A stretch of 27,888 nucleotides of DNA, taken from a virus (lineage: Duplodnaviria > Caudoviricetes). Position 1 is the first letter of the stretch, and the number at the start of each line of letters is the position of its first letter. The notes beneath the pieces are model-generated. The model saw only the letters and a list, made by a program, of their open reading frames with translations. It ran no database searches and was not told the DNA's origin. Made by a program: the position numbers and the translations under genes. The DNA lies in the IMG/VR virus record IMGVR_UViG_3300044676_006333, positions 1 to 27,888 of that record; one strand, written 5' to 3'. Shown here piece after piece: positions 18,131 through 26,646 of this stretch.

Positions 18131-19150
18131 TTAAATCATAAGCCATCTATCATTAGATAGGGTCCAGTTAACTACTTCTTCAATTCTTTTTTGCACAGGT
18201 TTTGGTTCCCATCCAAGCGATTTCATTTTAGATCCGTCAAGAGCATAGCGTAAATCATGGCCAGGACGACTTGTATGAAAGTCAACCATTTCATAATTAA
18301 GTTTTTTGCCTTGAGCATCAGCAATCATTTTTGCCAATTCTAGGTTATTTATTTCATTTGCTCCGCAAATATTAAACTTAGGGCATTTGGCTCCAGTGTT
18401 GTCAGCTACTGCTTCAAACTTATTTTTTAACAAAAATAAAGTAGCATCTGCCACATCTTCGGCATGAATATAATGACGAGATCCTGGAGTTGTTTTTGCG
18501 GCATCAGAATGAATTGTTACTGTTTCTCCATCTCTTGCTTTCTTAATACACATTGGAAAAAACTTTTCAGGGTGTTGTCTTTGACCAAACACATTCATAG
18601 TATGCGTAATGTAAATTGGCATTCCATAAGTATTTTCATATGCTACTGCTAATTCTTCGCCGCCAGCCTTCGAAGCACTATATGGATTTGTACAATTGTA
18701 CCTATCATTCTCTTTATATTTAATTCCATCAGGAGCTGGACCAAAGATTTCATCTGTTGAAAAATATAAGAAACGTTCTAAATTATCTTGCTGTCTAGCA
18801 AATTCTAGTACGTTACATGTACCAACAACATTATCCATTACAAATTCCATTGGTCTATCAATGGAACGATCTACATGTGAACCAGCGGCAAGATGCGCAA
18901 CAATATCTACTTTACCAATATCTGATTTAAGCATTGGATTGATTTCAGCTTTAAAATCATGGTAGATTGTGCGAACTCTTTTACGTTCAGCTGGAGCATA
19001 ATCTTGTAGCAAATCATGCAATCGATTTAAATTACCACTATAATCAAGACGATCTAGTGTTACAATTTCCCAATCAGTCCGTTTTAGAACTTGTCCAATT
19101 AAATGATGGGCAATAAAACCTGCACCGCCAGTAATTAAAATTCTTTTCAT
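18131..19150 (-). CDS. rmlB: NDP-glucose 4,6-dehydratase (RmlB/RfbB-like extended SDR)
   Basis: Rossmann motif ILITGGAGFIA, HLAAGSHVDRSI, catalytic STDE, YSASK (YxxxK) and RPGHDLRYALD. Nucleotide specificity (dTDP vs UDP) cannot be determined by eye. Confidence 0.9.
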   Translation of the reverse strand: MKRILITGGAGFIAHHLIGQVLKRTDWEIVTLDRLDYSGNLNRLHDLLQDYAPAERKRVRTIYHDFKAEINPMLKSDIGKVDIVAHLAAGSHVDRSIDRPMEFVMDNVVGTCNVLEFARQQDNLERFLYFSTDEIFGPAPDGIKYKENDRYNCTNPYSASKAGGEELAVAYENTYGMPIYITHTMNVFGQRQHPEKFFPMCIKKARDGETVTIHSDAAKTTPGSRHYIHAEDVADATLFLLKNKFEAVADNTGAKCPKFNICGANEINNLELAKMIADAQGKKLNYEMVDFHTSRPGHDLRYALDGSKMKSLGWEPKPVQKRIEEVVNWTLSNDRWLMI

Positions 19151-19160
19151 TCATTCACCT

Positions 19161-20423
19161 TTAAATTTTCAAAACATGTGGATAGCGAATGCTATCATCT
19201 TTTACAGCTGTTAACCAAGCTGTTGTAACTAATACTTGTAAATTTTCCATCCAATCATTTGGATAATAAGTTTCTTTACGAAATTCCTGAAAACGAATTT
19301 TATCATTATCAATAAAATCTCCGAGATATTTATCAGTATAATATAAGAAGCTATTTTGGTTCCAATAACTTACATGAGTTGGATCTTGAAATGCACCACG
19401 GCCATCTGTGCTTGGTACTTCAATAAATGCCCAACCACCGTGCGCCAATACTCTATGTATCTCTCCCATAATTTTTGTCTTATCATGTAGATGTTCAAGA
19501 ATATGACTTGCATTTAAAACACCGACACTGTTATCAGGCAATGGAATTCCGTCATTTAAATCTGCGACAGTATCTGCATTTTTTCTTGTGTCAACCGTAT
19601 GATAACCGGGATATGGATTTAATCCTCCTCCAATATCAATTTTCATCAAGCCACGTAAATCGGCATCTCTTTCAGCAAGAAGCTGGCCATACTCTCTAAA
19701 TAGATCTACAGTTTTTATTTGAATTGCTTCATTACGTTCTAACCATGTATTATTACCAGTAATTCTATATAAGTAAAGGACTTTTGGTATGCGTTTCATT
19801 TTAGTAATAAGGTAAGTACGAATCATAAGCTCGTGGTCGTCACAAATAGAAAGGTCATTATTGTGGCCATCAACTTCTTCATAAATATCTTTACGCCAAG
19901 AACGAACATGATCTGGAGCGTACCATATATAAGATAAAGATTGAGCGCTTGGTTCAAAACTATGCATGGCCTTTAGCGTTTGGCCTTTCCATTCAAACTC
20001 TCTCCAAGTCCAACCGCCGTCTTCGCCATATGGAATAAATTCTCCTTCCATTTGTAATACAGCATTATCGCTATAAACAAATCCAACTTCAGGATCAGAT
20101 TCATACGCCTTTTTTAATTCTTCTAAACAATCAGGAGTAATTAAATCATCGTGATCGACTTCTACTAAAACATCGCCTGTACCAATACCAAACGCTGCTT
20201 TTTTAATTGCACCAATATTTGTATCAGTATCGTGCGTACGGAATATAATTACCTGAGCATGATTTTTTATTTGATCTGGAATGTGTTCTACTTGAATTTT
20301 ATTATTCAAATATAAAATCCACTCCCAATCTTTGTATGTTTGATTAAGAACACAATCAAATAATTCTAAAAGAAAGGGAATGTTACCTGGATCATGTTCA
20401 GGTGTAATAATACTAAATTTCAT
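19161..20423 (-). CDS. GT2-family glycosyltransferase fused to a C-terminal class I SAM-dependent methyltransferase
   Basis: N-terminus: FSIITP, LNQTYKDWEWIL, DxD motif VEVDHDDL, VGFVYSD, CDDHEL. C-terminus: KIDIGGG, DLNDGIPLPDNSV, ASHILEHL, EIHRVLAHGGWAFIEVP. Confidence 0.88.
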   Translation of the reverse strand: MKFSIITPEHDPGNIPFLLELFDCVLNQTYKDWEWILYLNNKIQVEHIPDQIKNHAQVIIFRTHDTDTNIGAIKKAAFGIGTGDVLVEVDHDDLITPDCLEELKKAYESDPEVGFVYSDNAVLQMEGEFIPYGEDGGWTWREFEWKGQTLKAMHSFEPSAQSLSYIWYAPDHVRSWRKDIYEEVDGHNNDLSICDDHELMIRTYLITKMKRIPKVLYLYRITGNNTWLERNEAIQIKTVDLFREYGQLLAERDADLRGLMKIDIGGGLNPYPGYHTVDTRKNADTVADLNDGIPLPDNSVGVLNASHILEHLHDKTKIMGEIHRVLAHGGWAFIEVPSTDGRGAFQDPTHVSYWNQNSFLYYTDKYLGDFIDNDKIRFQEFRKETYYPNDWMENLQVLVTTAWLTAVKDDSIRYPHVLKI

Positions 20424-20458
20424 AATATACTATCCTGGTTTGAAAAGCTGTTACTTTT

Positions 20459-20487
20459 ATTATATACGGTTTTGCTGGAATGTAAAC
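20459..20487 (-). promoter_or_regulatory. Sigma70 / T4 early-type promoter
   Basis: Minus strand reads GTTTAC (20487-20482), 17 nt spacer, TATAAT (20464-20459), in the only sizeable gap of the enzyme cassette; matches the T4 early consensus. Confidence 0.72.
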
Positions 20488-20490
20488 AGT

Positions 20491-21225
20491 TTATTTCGTA
20501 TTATACCAAATAACTGCATGAGGATCTGACTTTTCTTCTTCTGGTCTATCTTCAGTATAATAATACAGAGCAAGTGAATATCTAGATACAGTTTCAGGAC
20601 ACTGGAGAGGCTCTGGATGTCCATGAAATGCGTCGTCTGTGATATTGAATACCACCGCTCTATTAAAAATAGGTTCTACTTTAACACAACACTTTGAAAG
20701 ATCTTTATCCCATAATTCAAGATGTCCATTCCATTCTGGATTCCAATCTTCATTTAAATAAATTAAAACATTAATTCTACGATGAAGGTTATTTACAAAG
20801 TTAACATTAAAATCTGCATGGACACCTAACTTACCACCTCTTGAAATTTTATGCATTCCTGCGCCTAGCCAGTTTTCATCTGGTAACAATCCTTGAATGC
20901 CAGTTAAATCTTCAAGAAAGTTTAATACTGTTTCAGAATACATGTAATCTAAAATAAGTTTTGTTTTAGGAGCATACTTAGCTAAAATTTCAACGTCATT
21001 CGGATCTGCTACTACATCAGGCGCATATTGTTTTAAAATTTGAAATTCTTCTACCCATTCTGACTCATCTTGTCTCCAGTGTTGATAGTTTTCTATTTCA
21101 GGGATAGCCTGTCGGAGCATCCAAGGATCTAGGAAATTATCCAATATGGTATGAGGAAACGGATACGCTTCTCTATAAGAAGCAACAGATGTGTCTAGTA
21201 CTGATAAGATTTTATTGTTAAGCAT
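20491..21225 (-). CDS. 2OG-Fe(II) dioxygenase (prolyl-hydroxylase-like, 2OG-FeII_Oxy_3 type)
   Basis: PFPHTILDNFL, HAD, RRINVLIYLN, FNRAVVF, FHGHP and RYSLA give a full HxD...H...RxS set. Confidence 0.9.
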   Translation of the reverse strand: MLNNKILSVLDTSVASYREAYPFPHTILDNFLDPWMLRQAIPEIENYQHWRQDESEWVEEFQILKQYAPDVVADPNDVEILAKYAPKTKLILDYMYSETVLNFLEDLTGIQGLLPDENWLGAGMHKISRGGKLGVHADFNVNFVNNLHRRINVLIYLNEDWNPEWNGHLELWDKDLSKCCVKVEPIFNRAVVFNITDDAFHGHPEPLQCPETVSRYSLALYYYTEDRPEEEKSDPHAVIWYNTK

Positions 21226-21227
21226 GA

Positions 21228-23273
21228 TTAATCAAAAAAGAATAAGTGTGTGAGTCTGCTGTCGTGTAAGTCTTTTCCAAAATATTCTCCAGCAGAATGA
21301 ATATGCCTTGCATCAAAAATAGCAAGACGATTAAATAAATTTCCTACAGTATCAAGAGTATGAAATCGAGTGGAATCTAGAAAGTTTCCATCAAATGCGT
21401 CATCAATAATATCTGCATCTTCTATACTGTGCTTAGCTTTATTTATCTTAGAAATATGTAGGCGTGTTCCGCTTTCATATGGAGCGTTTGGCGACAAATA
21501 AATCATTGCAGCCCAACGTTGCTGGTCAAAATGCCAAACTTGTGGATCTTGTGCTCTTGTAACTTGGAATACGCCATTCATACCGCCATCCCAATCTACA
21601 ATTTTTTCACCAATGATATTTTCAAATCTATATTTTAAGTCAATTGGTCGATATTTTTCTTCTGAACGAAACCCTTTGTACCATCGGCTATCTTCTTGAA
21701 AATTAAGGCTAGTTAATGCCCAGTCTCTTAGTTCATCTGGTCTTTCATAAAAGTTATCTACAACCCATACTCTTTTTGTTGGAATTTTATTTACTGCAAA
21801 ATATGTAACATCTTTTTTAGAGTTTCTTGCTTGATTTAAAGTTTCAGTATCTTGCTGAATCAATATAGGTTTAGGTGATGCTCTATTTTTTACATCAGGG
21901 TGGCTAAATAGCCATTCCTCATTTAGTCTTTCAATGTTAATTCTTTTACATATTTGATGAAGGTAATCCAAATTAGAATCTTTTGAAATCCAAATTCTAG
22001 CAATATAATCTCCCAATGGCGTAACGTTTTTAGTTCCATCCCAATCTTGAACATCTATTTTGCCTTGCTTCCAATAGCTTTTTGCCCAAGGACATAAATC
22101 AATTATAGAATCAAAATACATTTCCCAATCAGTAGATTCTTCTTCAGGGTACATTTCATTTAATCTAGTAGCTTCTTTATATAACCTTTGAACATCGCCA
22201 GTTCCGTCAACATAATGTTTTCTGTCAATAAAGTTACAATATTGAGGAAATGGAAATGTTCTTTCAGGATCCATCATTATTGTAGTTGTGTCCAACATTT
22301 TTTTATATTGTTTTGTTTCCTGATATAAATGAACCATTTGCCATAGATGGTCATTTCTTCCAGGAGCAAATTGTTCAAGCATTGAATATGCAGTTATAGC
22401 TTCTTTCTTTTTTCCCATAAAATTATAGCATTCACCAGCCATAATTCCAGCCATATAGCACATCTCATCTATACCAATATCACCCTTTTTATTTTTCATA
22501 GTTTGATTAATATATTCGTTTAAATACCAAATAGATCTACGGGCATATTCGTCTGCTTGTTTTTTCTTTAATGGAAAAGCAGATGATTCCATTGCATCTC
22601 TATAGCTCTTACCAATGTACCAGAAATGATACATATTTTCTAAAAGGTTTTGCTCACGGATAAGTTTTTCTTCTAATCGCAAAGCATCTGAAATAAATTT
22701 AGTAGGAACTGCCCACGACATTCCGTCATTAGATCCAATTTGATTAAAACCTAACGGCAGTGGATAAGCATTATAATTATGGTCAATTTCTGGATCTAGG
22801 CAATAAATGGTTTCATGACAAGGATCGTGATTAAACGCCCATTGTAAATCGTTATTCCATAGCCAAGTTCTATAATAAACACCAGTTCCACTTACTGCTG
22901 GAATATTAAACCCATGAATTGTTTTATCATTAAATACAGACCAATCGAAATCATCATAAACTTCTAAAGTTTCATCGCAGTCCATTTTAAGAATCCAATC
23001 ACACCCATGATCGACTTCATTTTGGCAATATCGAATTAAATGATCTCGGTTCCATCCAAAACCTTTCCAGCCTTCTTCCACTTCATAAAGAACTCCTGGA
23101 ATATTATTTTCCTTAGCCCAATCTTTTACAATATCTGGAGAACCATCTGTTGAGCCATTATCTTGAATTACATAATAATCAATATATCCAAGTACAGAAT
23201 CAAGCATCTTTCGAAGAACAGGCGCCTCATTCTTAAACATGGCGACCATAACAATTTTACATTCTTTATTCAT
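21228..23273 (-). CDS. Multidomain protein: GT2 glycosyltransferase + TPR-like helices + small insert domain + C-terminal 2OG-Fe(II) dioxygenase-like (DUF6445-like) domain
   Basis: GT2: MFKNEAPVLRKMLDSV, DNGSTDGS, FGWNRD, LKMDCDE, HETI. TPR-like: WYIGKSYRD, EAITAYSMLEQFAPGRND. C-terminus: VVDNFYERPDELR, WHFD, AAMIYLSP, FNRLAIFDARHIHSA, RLTHLFFFD. Confidence 0.85.
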   Translation of the reverse strand: MNKECKIVMVAMFKNEAPVLRKMLDSVLGYIDYYVIQDNGSTDGSPDIVKDWAKENNIPGVLYEVEEGWKGFGWNRDHLIRYCQNEVDHGCDWILKMDCDETLEVYDDFDWSVFNDKTIHGFNIPAVSGTGVYYRTWLWNNDLQWAFNHDPCHETIYCLDPEIDHNYNAYPLPLGFNQIGSNDGMSWAVPTKFISDALRLEEKLIREQNLLENMYHFWYIGKSYRDAMESSAFPLKKKQADEYARRSIWYLNEYINQTMKNKKGDIGIDEMCYMAGIMAGECYNFMGKKKEAITAYSMLEQFAPGRNDHLWQMVHLYQETKQYKKMLDTTTIMMDPERTFPFPQYCNFIDRKHYVDGTGDVQRLYKEATRLNEMYPEEESTDWEMYFDSIIDLCPWAKSYWKQGKIDVQDWDGTKNVTPLGDYIARIWISKDSNLDYLHQICKRINIERLNEEWLFSHPDVKNRASPKPILIQQDTETLNQARNSKKDVTYFAVNKIPTKRVWVVDNFYERPDELRDWALTSLNFQEDSRWYKGFRSEEKYRPIDLKYRFENIIGEKIVDWDGGMNGVFQVTRAQDPQVWHFDQQRWAAMIYLSPNAPYESGTRLHISKINKAKHSIEDADIIDDAFDGNFLDSTRFHTLDTVGNLFNRLAIFDARHIHSAGEYFGKDLHDSRLTHLFFFD

Positions 23274-24004
23274 AATGATTTCTCAGCCCGTTTTTTAATA
23301 AACTCAATAATATCATCGTTATTTATTTGATCTTTTCGTGGACTATACAAAGCCCTAGGTCTATCTACCGCGGTATCAGCAATAGGCGACAAATAATACA
23401 TAGCAATGCTTTTTCTATATATTCCATTAGGGCAATTAATAGATTCTGGAAATCCATGCCATGAATTTTGTGTAGTATCAAACAAAACTGCTCTATTAAA
23501 TACGCAGTCAATAGAAGATGAAATTTCATGAGCTTGGTTTAATTCTGGATTATGACTCCAAAATTCAAGATTCCCACCCCATTCTTTTTTCCAATTAGGA
23601 GTAAGATATATAATGATGTTCCATTTCCTTTGCATATTTGCCATAGGATGAATAGAATAATCTTGATGAATATTTAAATGGTCTCCACGTTTACTCATAT
23701 GCCAACCAGCACCGTGCAAACCATAATCAGGTTTTAAACATTCATCACCTGTCAGTTTTCTTAATTTGTCTGTAAATTTTTCACAGCATAAAGATAAAAA
23801 CAATTGATATGTTTCTGGAGGAAATGATCCCCAAGTTTGAATTGCCTTTTTTCTTTCTAATGGATTGTCATAAGCAAACCATTTTTCAGATGAATGCGAT
23901 GGAAATTGTTTTGATAATGTATGAGCTAGATCTGCTTTTAAAAAGTTGTCTATCACGAAATGTTTAAAAGGTGCTTCATACTCTTTTGCATGACTTAAGT
24001 CCAT
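23270..24004 (-). CDS. 2OG-Fe(II) dioxygenase (paralogue of 20491..21225)
   Basis: Motifs PFKHFVIDNFL, HQD, RKWNIIIYLT, FNRAVLFDT, WHGFP and RKSIA. Confidence 0.9.
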   Translation of the reverse strand: MDLSHAKEYEAPFKHFVIDNFLKADLAHTLSKQFPSHSSEKWFAYDNPLERKKAIQTWGSFPPETYQLFLSLCCEKFTDKLRKLTGDECLKPDYGLHGAGWHMSKRGDHLNIHQDYSIHPMANMQRKWNIIIYLTPNWKKEWGGNLEFWSHNPELNQAHEISSSIDCVFNRAVLFDTTQNSWHGFPESINCPNGIYRKSIAMYYLSPIADTAVDRPRALYSPRKDQINNDDIIEFIKKRAEKSL

Positions 24005-24573
24005 TTTGGTCCTTCAAACCACGCAGAAATACTATAGCGAACCCCTTTTGTTACAGGTAAAGCTCTATGACTTAAAACTGAAGGAAAATATATAAATGTT
24101 CCTTGAGCCTTATAATCATTTGGATCCGGTGGATTGGATGAGCCAGTAATTTCTAATTCGCCACCTTCATAATCATTTGGATCTGATAATTGTAAAACAC
24201 AAGATACTTTTCTATGATGTGATGGATCATCATTCATCCAAAATGTATCTACGTGTTCTTTATATTCGCCCTGAACGGCCGAATTATATTCAGCAAATTG
24301 CACGTATTCAAGTCTATTGACGTGAATATTAAAAAAATCTTGATTTGCTTGTATTTGTGTTTTCCATAAAGTATCAAAAAGTTTTTGGAATTTCCAATCA
24401 CCAGCTTGAATAAACGATACTTTACTTTTACGATATTCTGTAAGGTGCGCATCTTCGCCCAGACCAACTACAGCATCTTGTGATGGTAATAGTTTAGCCT
24501 GAGCAATAATTTCTTCGCAATCTTCTTTACTTAAATACGAACCAAAATAACACCAGTCGCCGTCCCATGCCAT
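23995..24573 (-). CDS. 2OG-Fe(II) dioxygenase, PKHD/P4Hc-like
   Basis: Motifs HVD, RKVSCVLQLSDPNDYEGGELEI and FPSVLSHRALPVTKGVRYSISAWFEGP; GAGGTG RBS. Confidence 0.92.
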   Translation of the reverse strand: MAWDGDWCYFGSYLSKEDCEEIIAQAKLLPSQDAVVGLGEDAHLTEYRKSKVSFIQAGDWKFQKLFDTLWKTQIQANQDFFNIHVNRLEYVQFAEYNSAVQGEYKEHVDTFWMNDDPSHHRKVSCVLQLSDPNDYEGGELEITGSSNPPDPNDYKAQGTFIYFPSVLSHRALPVTKGVRYSISAWFEGPKWT

Positions 24574-24599
24574 AAATCACCTCTTTTATTATAATTTAA

Positions 24600-24854
24600 T
24601 TAAACTTCAAATTTAATATATACGTGTGTAGTATCTTCATCATATTGATGAATATATCTTTCGCCATCTTCTAAAGTTGCTTCATCTGGCGCTTCAGTTA
24701 TTGCTTCTGCTGCAGTAAATTGCGCTTCAGAGTTTTGTGTCAATTTCCACCAACCCGTTGCATTAATTGCTGCGTCTATGGCAGCTTCGCCTTCATTAAA
24801 AAAGCCTTCTTTACTATTTAAGCCTAATTCTGATGTTGTTAGATCAATTGCCAT
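24600..24854 (-). CDS. Small acidic hypothetical protein coupled to the collagen fibre gene
   Basis: 84 aa; its start overlaps the end of the fibre gene; no motif recognised. Confidence 0.7.
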   Translation of the reverse strand: MAIDLTTSELGLNSKEGFFNEGEAAIDAAINATGWWKLTQNSEAQFTAAEAITEAPDEATLEDGERYIHQYDEDTTHVYIKFEV

Positions 24855-26646
24855 TTAACTTTCCTATTCTAGATTTTAAATCATTAATTTGATTTTTTTG
24901 TTCTTTTAACGCTTCAACCACCAAAGGAACAACTCTTGCATAATCTACTGTAAGATATTTCTTACCTGATTTACTATGCCCGTGTCTATTTATATCAAAT
25001 GGAGCACCACGAACAACCTCAGGTAAAGCCTTCTCTAGTTCTTGAGCAATCAAACCAATTTTTCTACCAGACCTATCTCCAGCAATATTCATGGCTAATT
25101 TATTTGGTGAATAGAAATAGCCATTTAATTTACTAATTCTTTTAATAGGATTATCAATTGGACCTTTTACATTTTTTAAGCGCCTGTCTGAATACCCAGC
25201 AACAATATCTAATTGGGCGCGAACATCGCCTGAGACCATTCCGTCATCTACAGGAGCTGGAGATCCAATTCTTACAAAACCAGTGGTTTCATTAATTACT
25301 CCAGGTGTACCTTGATAACCTTGATAGCCCTGAACACCTTGATAACCACCAACACCACCTCCGCCTCCTACACCTGTTCGTCCTTGATAACCACTTGCTC
25401 CAGAAGCGCCACCACTGCCCTGTGGTCCTCGTGGACCCTGCGGACCGCGATACCCTGTTGTCGGAGCACCCTGTCTACCTTGATAGCCTTGGACACCTTG
25501 ATAACCTTGAACACCAGTTACACTACCAGCAGCACCAGTTGCGCCAGTTGCTCCGGATGGTCCTTGCGGTCCTCTTCCACCCTGCGGTCCACGATGGCCA
25601 GATCTACCAGTTGAACCTTGTGTACCTTGTCTGCCTTGAACACCAGTTGCGCCCTGAGGTCCTCTAGCACCTTGTGGACCTCTTCCGCCCTGTGGACCGC
25701 GTGATCCTTGCGAACCCTGTGGTCCTTGCGGTCCTCTTCCACCCTGAGCACCTTGTCTACCTGTTGCACCAGTAGATCCTTGTCTACCCTGTGGACCTCT
25801 TCCGCCTTGTGGTCCTTGCGGACCTTGGACACCCTGTGGTCCAGTTCCACCTTGAGAACCTTGAACACCTTGAGTACCCTGAGCGCCTTGAACACCTTGC
25901 GGTCCTCTTCCGCCTTGCGGTCCTCTTCCACCTTGAAAACCTTGTGCGCCGGTTCCGCCTTGTGGCCCTTGAGCGCCTTGAGCACCTTGTCTGCCCGTCG
26001 GCCCTTGTGTACCTTGCCTACCCTGAGGTCCTCTAGCTCCTTGCGCGCCTTGCGGTCCTCTTCCACCTTGTGGGCCTTGATTGCCAGTGTGGCCAGTAGA
26101 TCCTTGAACACCTTGCCGACCAGCAATACCAGTTGATCCGCCAGCACCGCCTGATCCTTGGACACCCTGTGGTCCAGTTCCACCTTGAGCACCTTGTCTA
26201 CCAGCAACACCACCAATACCACCAATACCAGTTGCGCCTACTGCGCCCTGAGCACCTATTGGATTATTACCCTGCCTACCTTGCGGTCCTTGTGTACCCT
26301 GCCTACCTTGCGCGCCTTGTCTACCGGTCGACCCTTGCGGCCCTTGCTGGCCAGTTCTACCAGTTGCTCCTTGCGGACCTTGTGGTCCTTGTGGTCCTTG
26401 AGCACCTTGAACACCAGTTGCCCCTTGAACACCTTGAAAACCTGGTACTCCACCTACACCTTGAAAACCTGCAGCGCCAGTTTGACCAGCAACACCAGTA
26501 AAACCTTGAATACCACTTCTACCCGTTGGCCCTTGTGGTCCTTTAATATTATTATTAACAGAGCCAAGCCAAACACCGTCGCTGTCAACTAGATCAGTAC
26601 CGTTAATGGTAACACCATTTTTGACTATGAAGGGTTGCTTAGCCAT
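24844..26646 (-). CDS. Collagen-like fibre protein with a C-terminal peptidase S74 intramolecular chaperone
   Basis: Gly-X-Y from about residue 36 to 449, then YSDRRLK (Ser/Lys dyad spacing), [22 protein letters not shown] and [18 protein letters not shown] coiled coil. Confidence 0.93.
   Translation of the reverse strand: MAKQPFIVKNGVTINGTDLVDSDGVWLGSVNNNIKGPQGPTGRSGIQGFTGVAGQTGAAGFQGVGGVPGFQGVQGATGVQGAQGPQGPQGPQGATGRTGQQGPQGSTGRQGAQGRQGTQGPQGRQGNNPIGAQGAVGATGIGGIGGVAGRQGAQGGTGPQGVQGSGGAGGSTGIAGRQGVQGSTGHTGNQGPQGGRGPQGAQGARGPQGRQGTQGPTGRQGAQGAQGPQGGTGAQGFQGGRGPQGGRGPQGVQGAQGTQGVQGSQGGTGPQGVQGPQGPQGGRGPQGRQGSTGATGRQGAQGGRGPQGPQGSQGSRGPQGGRGPQGARGPQGATGVQGRQGTQGSTGRSGHRGPQGGRGPQGPSGATGATGAAGSVTGVQGYQGVQGYQGRQGAPTTGYRGPQGPRGPQGSGGASGASGYQGRTGVGGGGGVGGYQGVQGYQGYQGTPGVINETTGFVRIGSPAPVDDGMVSGDVRAQLDIVAGYSDRRLKNVKGPIDNPIKRISKLNGYFYSPNKLAMNIAGDRSGRKIGLIAQELEKALPEVVRGAPFDINRHGHSKSGKKYLTVDYARVVPLVVEALKEQKNQINDLKSRIGKLNGN
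25300..26541 (-). repeat. Gly-X-Y collagen repeat (about 135 triplets; 9-bp periodic, GC-rich DNA)
   Basis: [18 protein letters not shown] triplets with a few interruptions (GNNPIG, GSVTG, GAPTTG). Confidence 0.95.

Noticed and set aside
1071-24467. Remaining short (60-110 aa) nested ORFs from the track
   Set aside because: All lie within well-supported minus-strand genes and show no recognisable motifs.
16736-24573. DNA hypermodification locus (TET/JBP dioxygenase plus glycosyltransferase)
   Set aside because: The oxygenase motifs look PKHD/P4H-like rather than TET/JBP, no C5 DNA methyltransferase or nucleotide enzymes are nearby, and the context is structural. This reading is disfavoured but not excluded without HMM searches.
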